Of a DNA stretch of 64,000 bases, positions 63,436 through 64,000 are shown piece after piece (position 1 is the first letter of the stretch; the number at the start of each line of letters is the position of its first letter). Origin of the DNA: Amoebidium appalachense (lineage: Eukaryota; Protista; Ichthyosporea); contig CAVNZM010000007.1 in NCBI GenBank assembly GCA_963693365.1, forward strand, positions 5,081,962 through 5,145,961, in the 5' to 3' direction. A program made the translations under genes and the position numbers. Under the pieces are notes generated by a model. That model was not told the DNA's origin. It ran no database searches and saw only the letters and a list, made by a program, of their open reading frames with translations.

Positions 63436-64000
63436 ATGGAGGCCCTTCTTCGCCTGAATGCTGCCGATGAGCAGACCCAGATGGCACGCCGGGAGGCTGC
63501 CCGGGGCAAGAAAGTTCTGTTTATCACTTGCTTCCTTGCTGATTACCTTTATAAACGTGACAAGCCCCTCTTCCAGCACGTAGCTACGTTTGGTTCAGAG
63601 CTCTATTTCGTGTTTGGCACAGAGGAGAAGGACAAGGCGGCTGCGTCTATGTTTGAACGTGATGGCCTAGTTACGGGGAGTCTCTTGTATGCCGACATGG
63701 CCGACGAGAACTCTGCCGGTGACAACATCGTCGCAGCTGCGCGCGCCTCGGGTGTCGTTTTCGACGCCGTTTTCTGCCCCTACGAGCACGCTATGACGCT
63801 TATGGGTGAGGTGGCTGAGAAGCTCGGTCTTCATGGCAACCCTGCCTCTGCGTACATCAACGCACGTGACAAGCGTGTTTCTCGCGAGGTTTGCACCAAG
63901 GCCGGCGTGGCTGCCCCTCGTTTTGCGCGTGTTTCTGAGCGTGATACTGTGGCCGCAGCAGTGGAGCACGTCGGTCTTCCCCTTGTTCTCAAGCCCAGCT
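63436..64000 (+). CDS. ATP-grasp ligase (carnosine synthase / L-amino-acid ligase-like), 5' part, runs off the window
   Basis: Open frame from ATG 63436 to the window end, absent from the ORF track because it has no stop: MEALLRLNAADEQTQMARREAARGKKVLFI…FDAVFCPYEHAMTLMGEVAEKLGLHGNPASAYINARDKRVSREVCTKAGVAAPRFARV…AAVEHVGLPLVLKPS. This is the ATP-grasp 'ARDK..R….G…P…G.P.V.KP' signature. Confidence 0.82.
   Translation, partial: MEALLRLNAADEQTQMARREAARGKKVLFITCFLADYLYKRDKPLFQHVATFGSELYFVFGTEEKDKAAASMFERDGLVTGSLLYADMADENSAGDNIVAAARASGVVFDAVFCPYEHAMTLMGEVAEKLGLHGNPASAYINARDKRVSREVCTKAGVAAPRFARVSERDTVAAAVEHVGLPLVLKPS

Overview
Eukaryotic genomic DNA. The animal-like LysRS, UBL4A-like and ABHD12-like genes suggest a holozoan/opisthokont, possibly an ichthyosporean-type protist (inference). 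Five spliced genes can be reconstructed by hand with GT-AG introns and consistent phases: lysyl-tRNA synthetase (+), a PRT1-like RING-RING-ZZ E3 ligase (-), a UBL4A/Get5-like protein (-), METTL26/DUF938 (+) and an ABHD12-like hydrolase (-). Among them are intronless, bacterial-looking enzyme genes: two divergent, near-identical secreted choloylglycine-hydrolase/penicillin V acylase-family (Ntn) genes with different leaders, a GH15/phosphorylase-kinase-like gene, and an ATP-grasp gene running off the window end. Also present are tRNA-Arg(ACG), a non-autonomous hAT element with TIRs and an 8-bp TSD, two foldback-like MITEs, a palindromic MITE, a 74-bp minisatellite and very many microsatellites/homopolymers. 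Two patterns stand out. (i) Many introns are polarised relative to transcription, with (GT)n/Gn after the donor and Cn/(AC)n before the acceptor, so their ends are complementary and lack a U-rich tract. (ii) A dispersed ~110-140 bp G-tract-anchored repeat module always lies in the same orientation relative to the host transcript and often places a CTAAC-like motif plus poly-C just upstream of 3' splice sites. Most entries in the ORF track are microsatellite artefacts.
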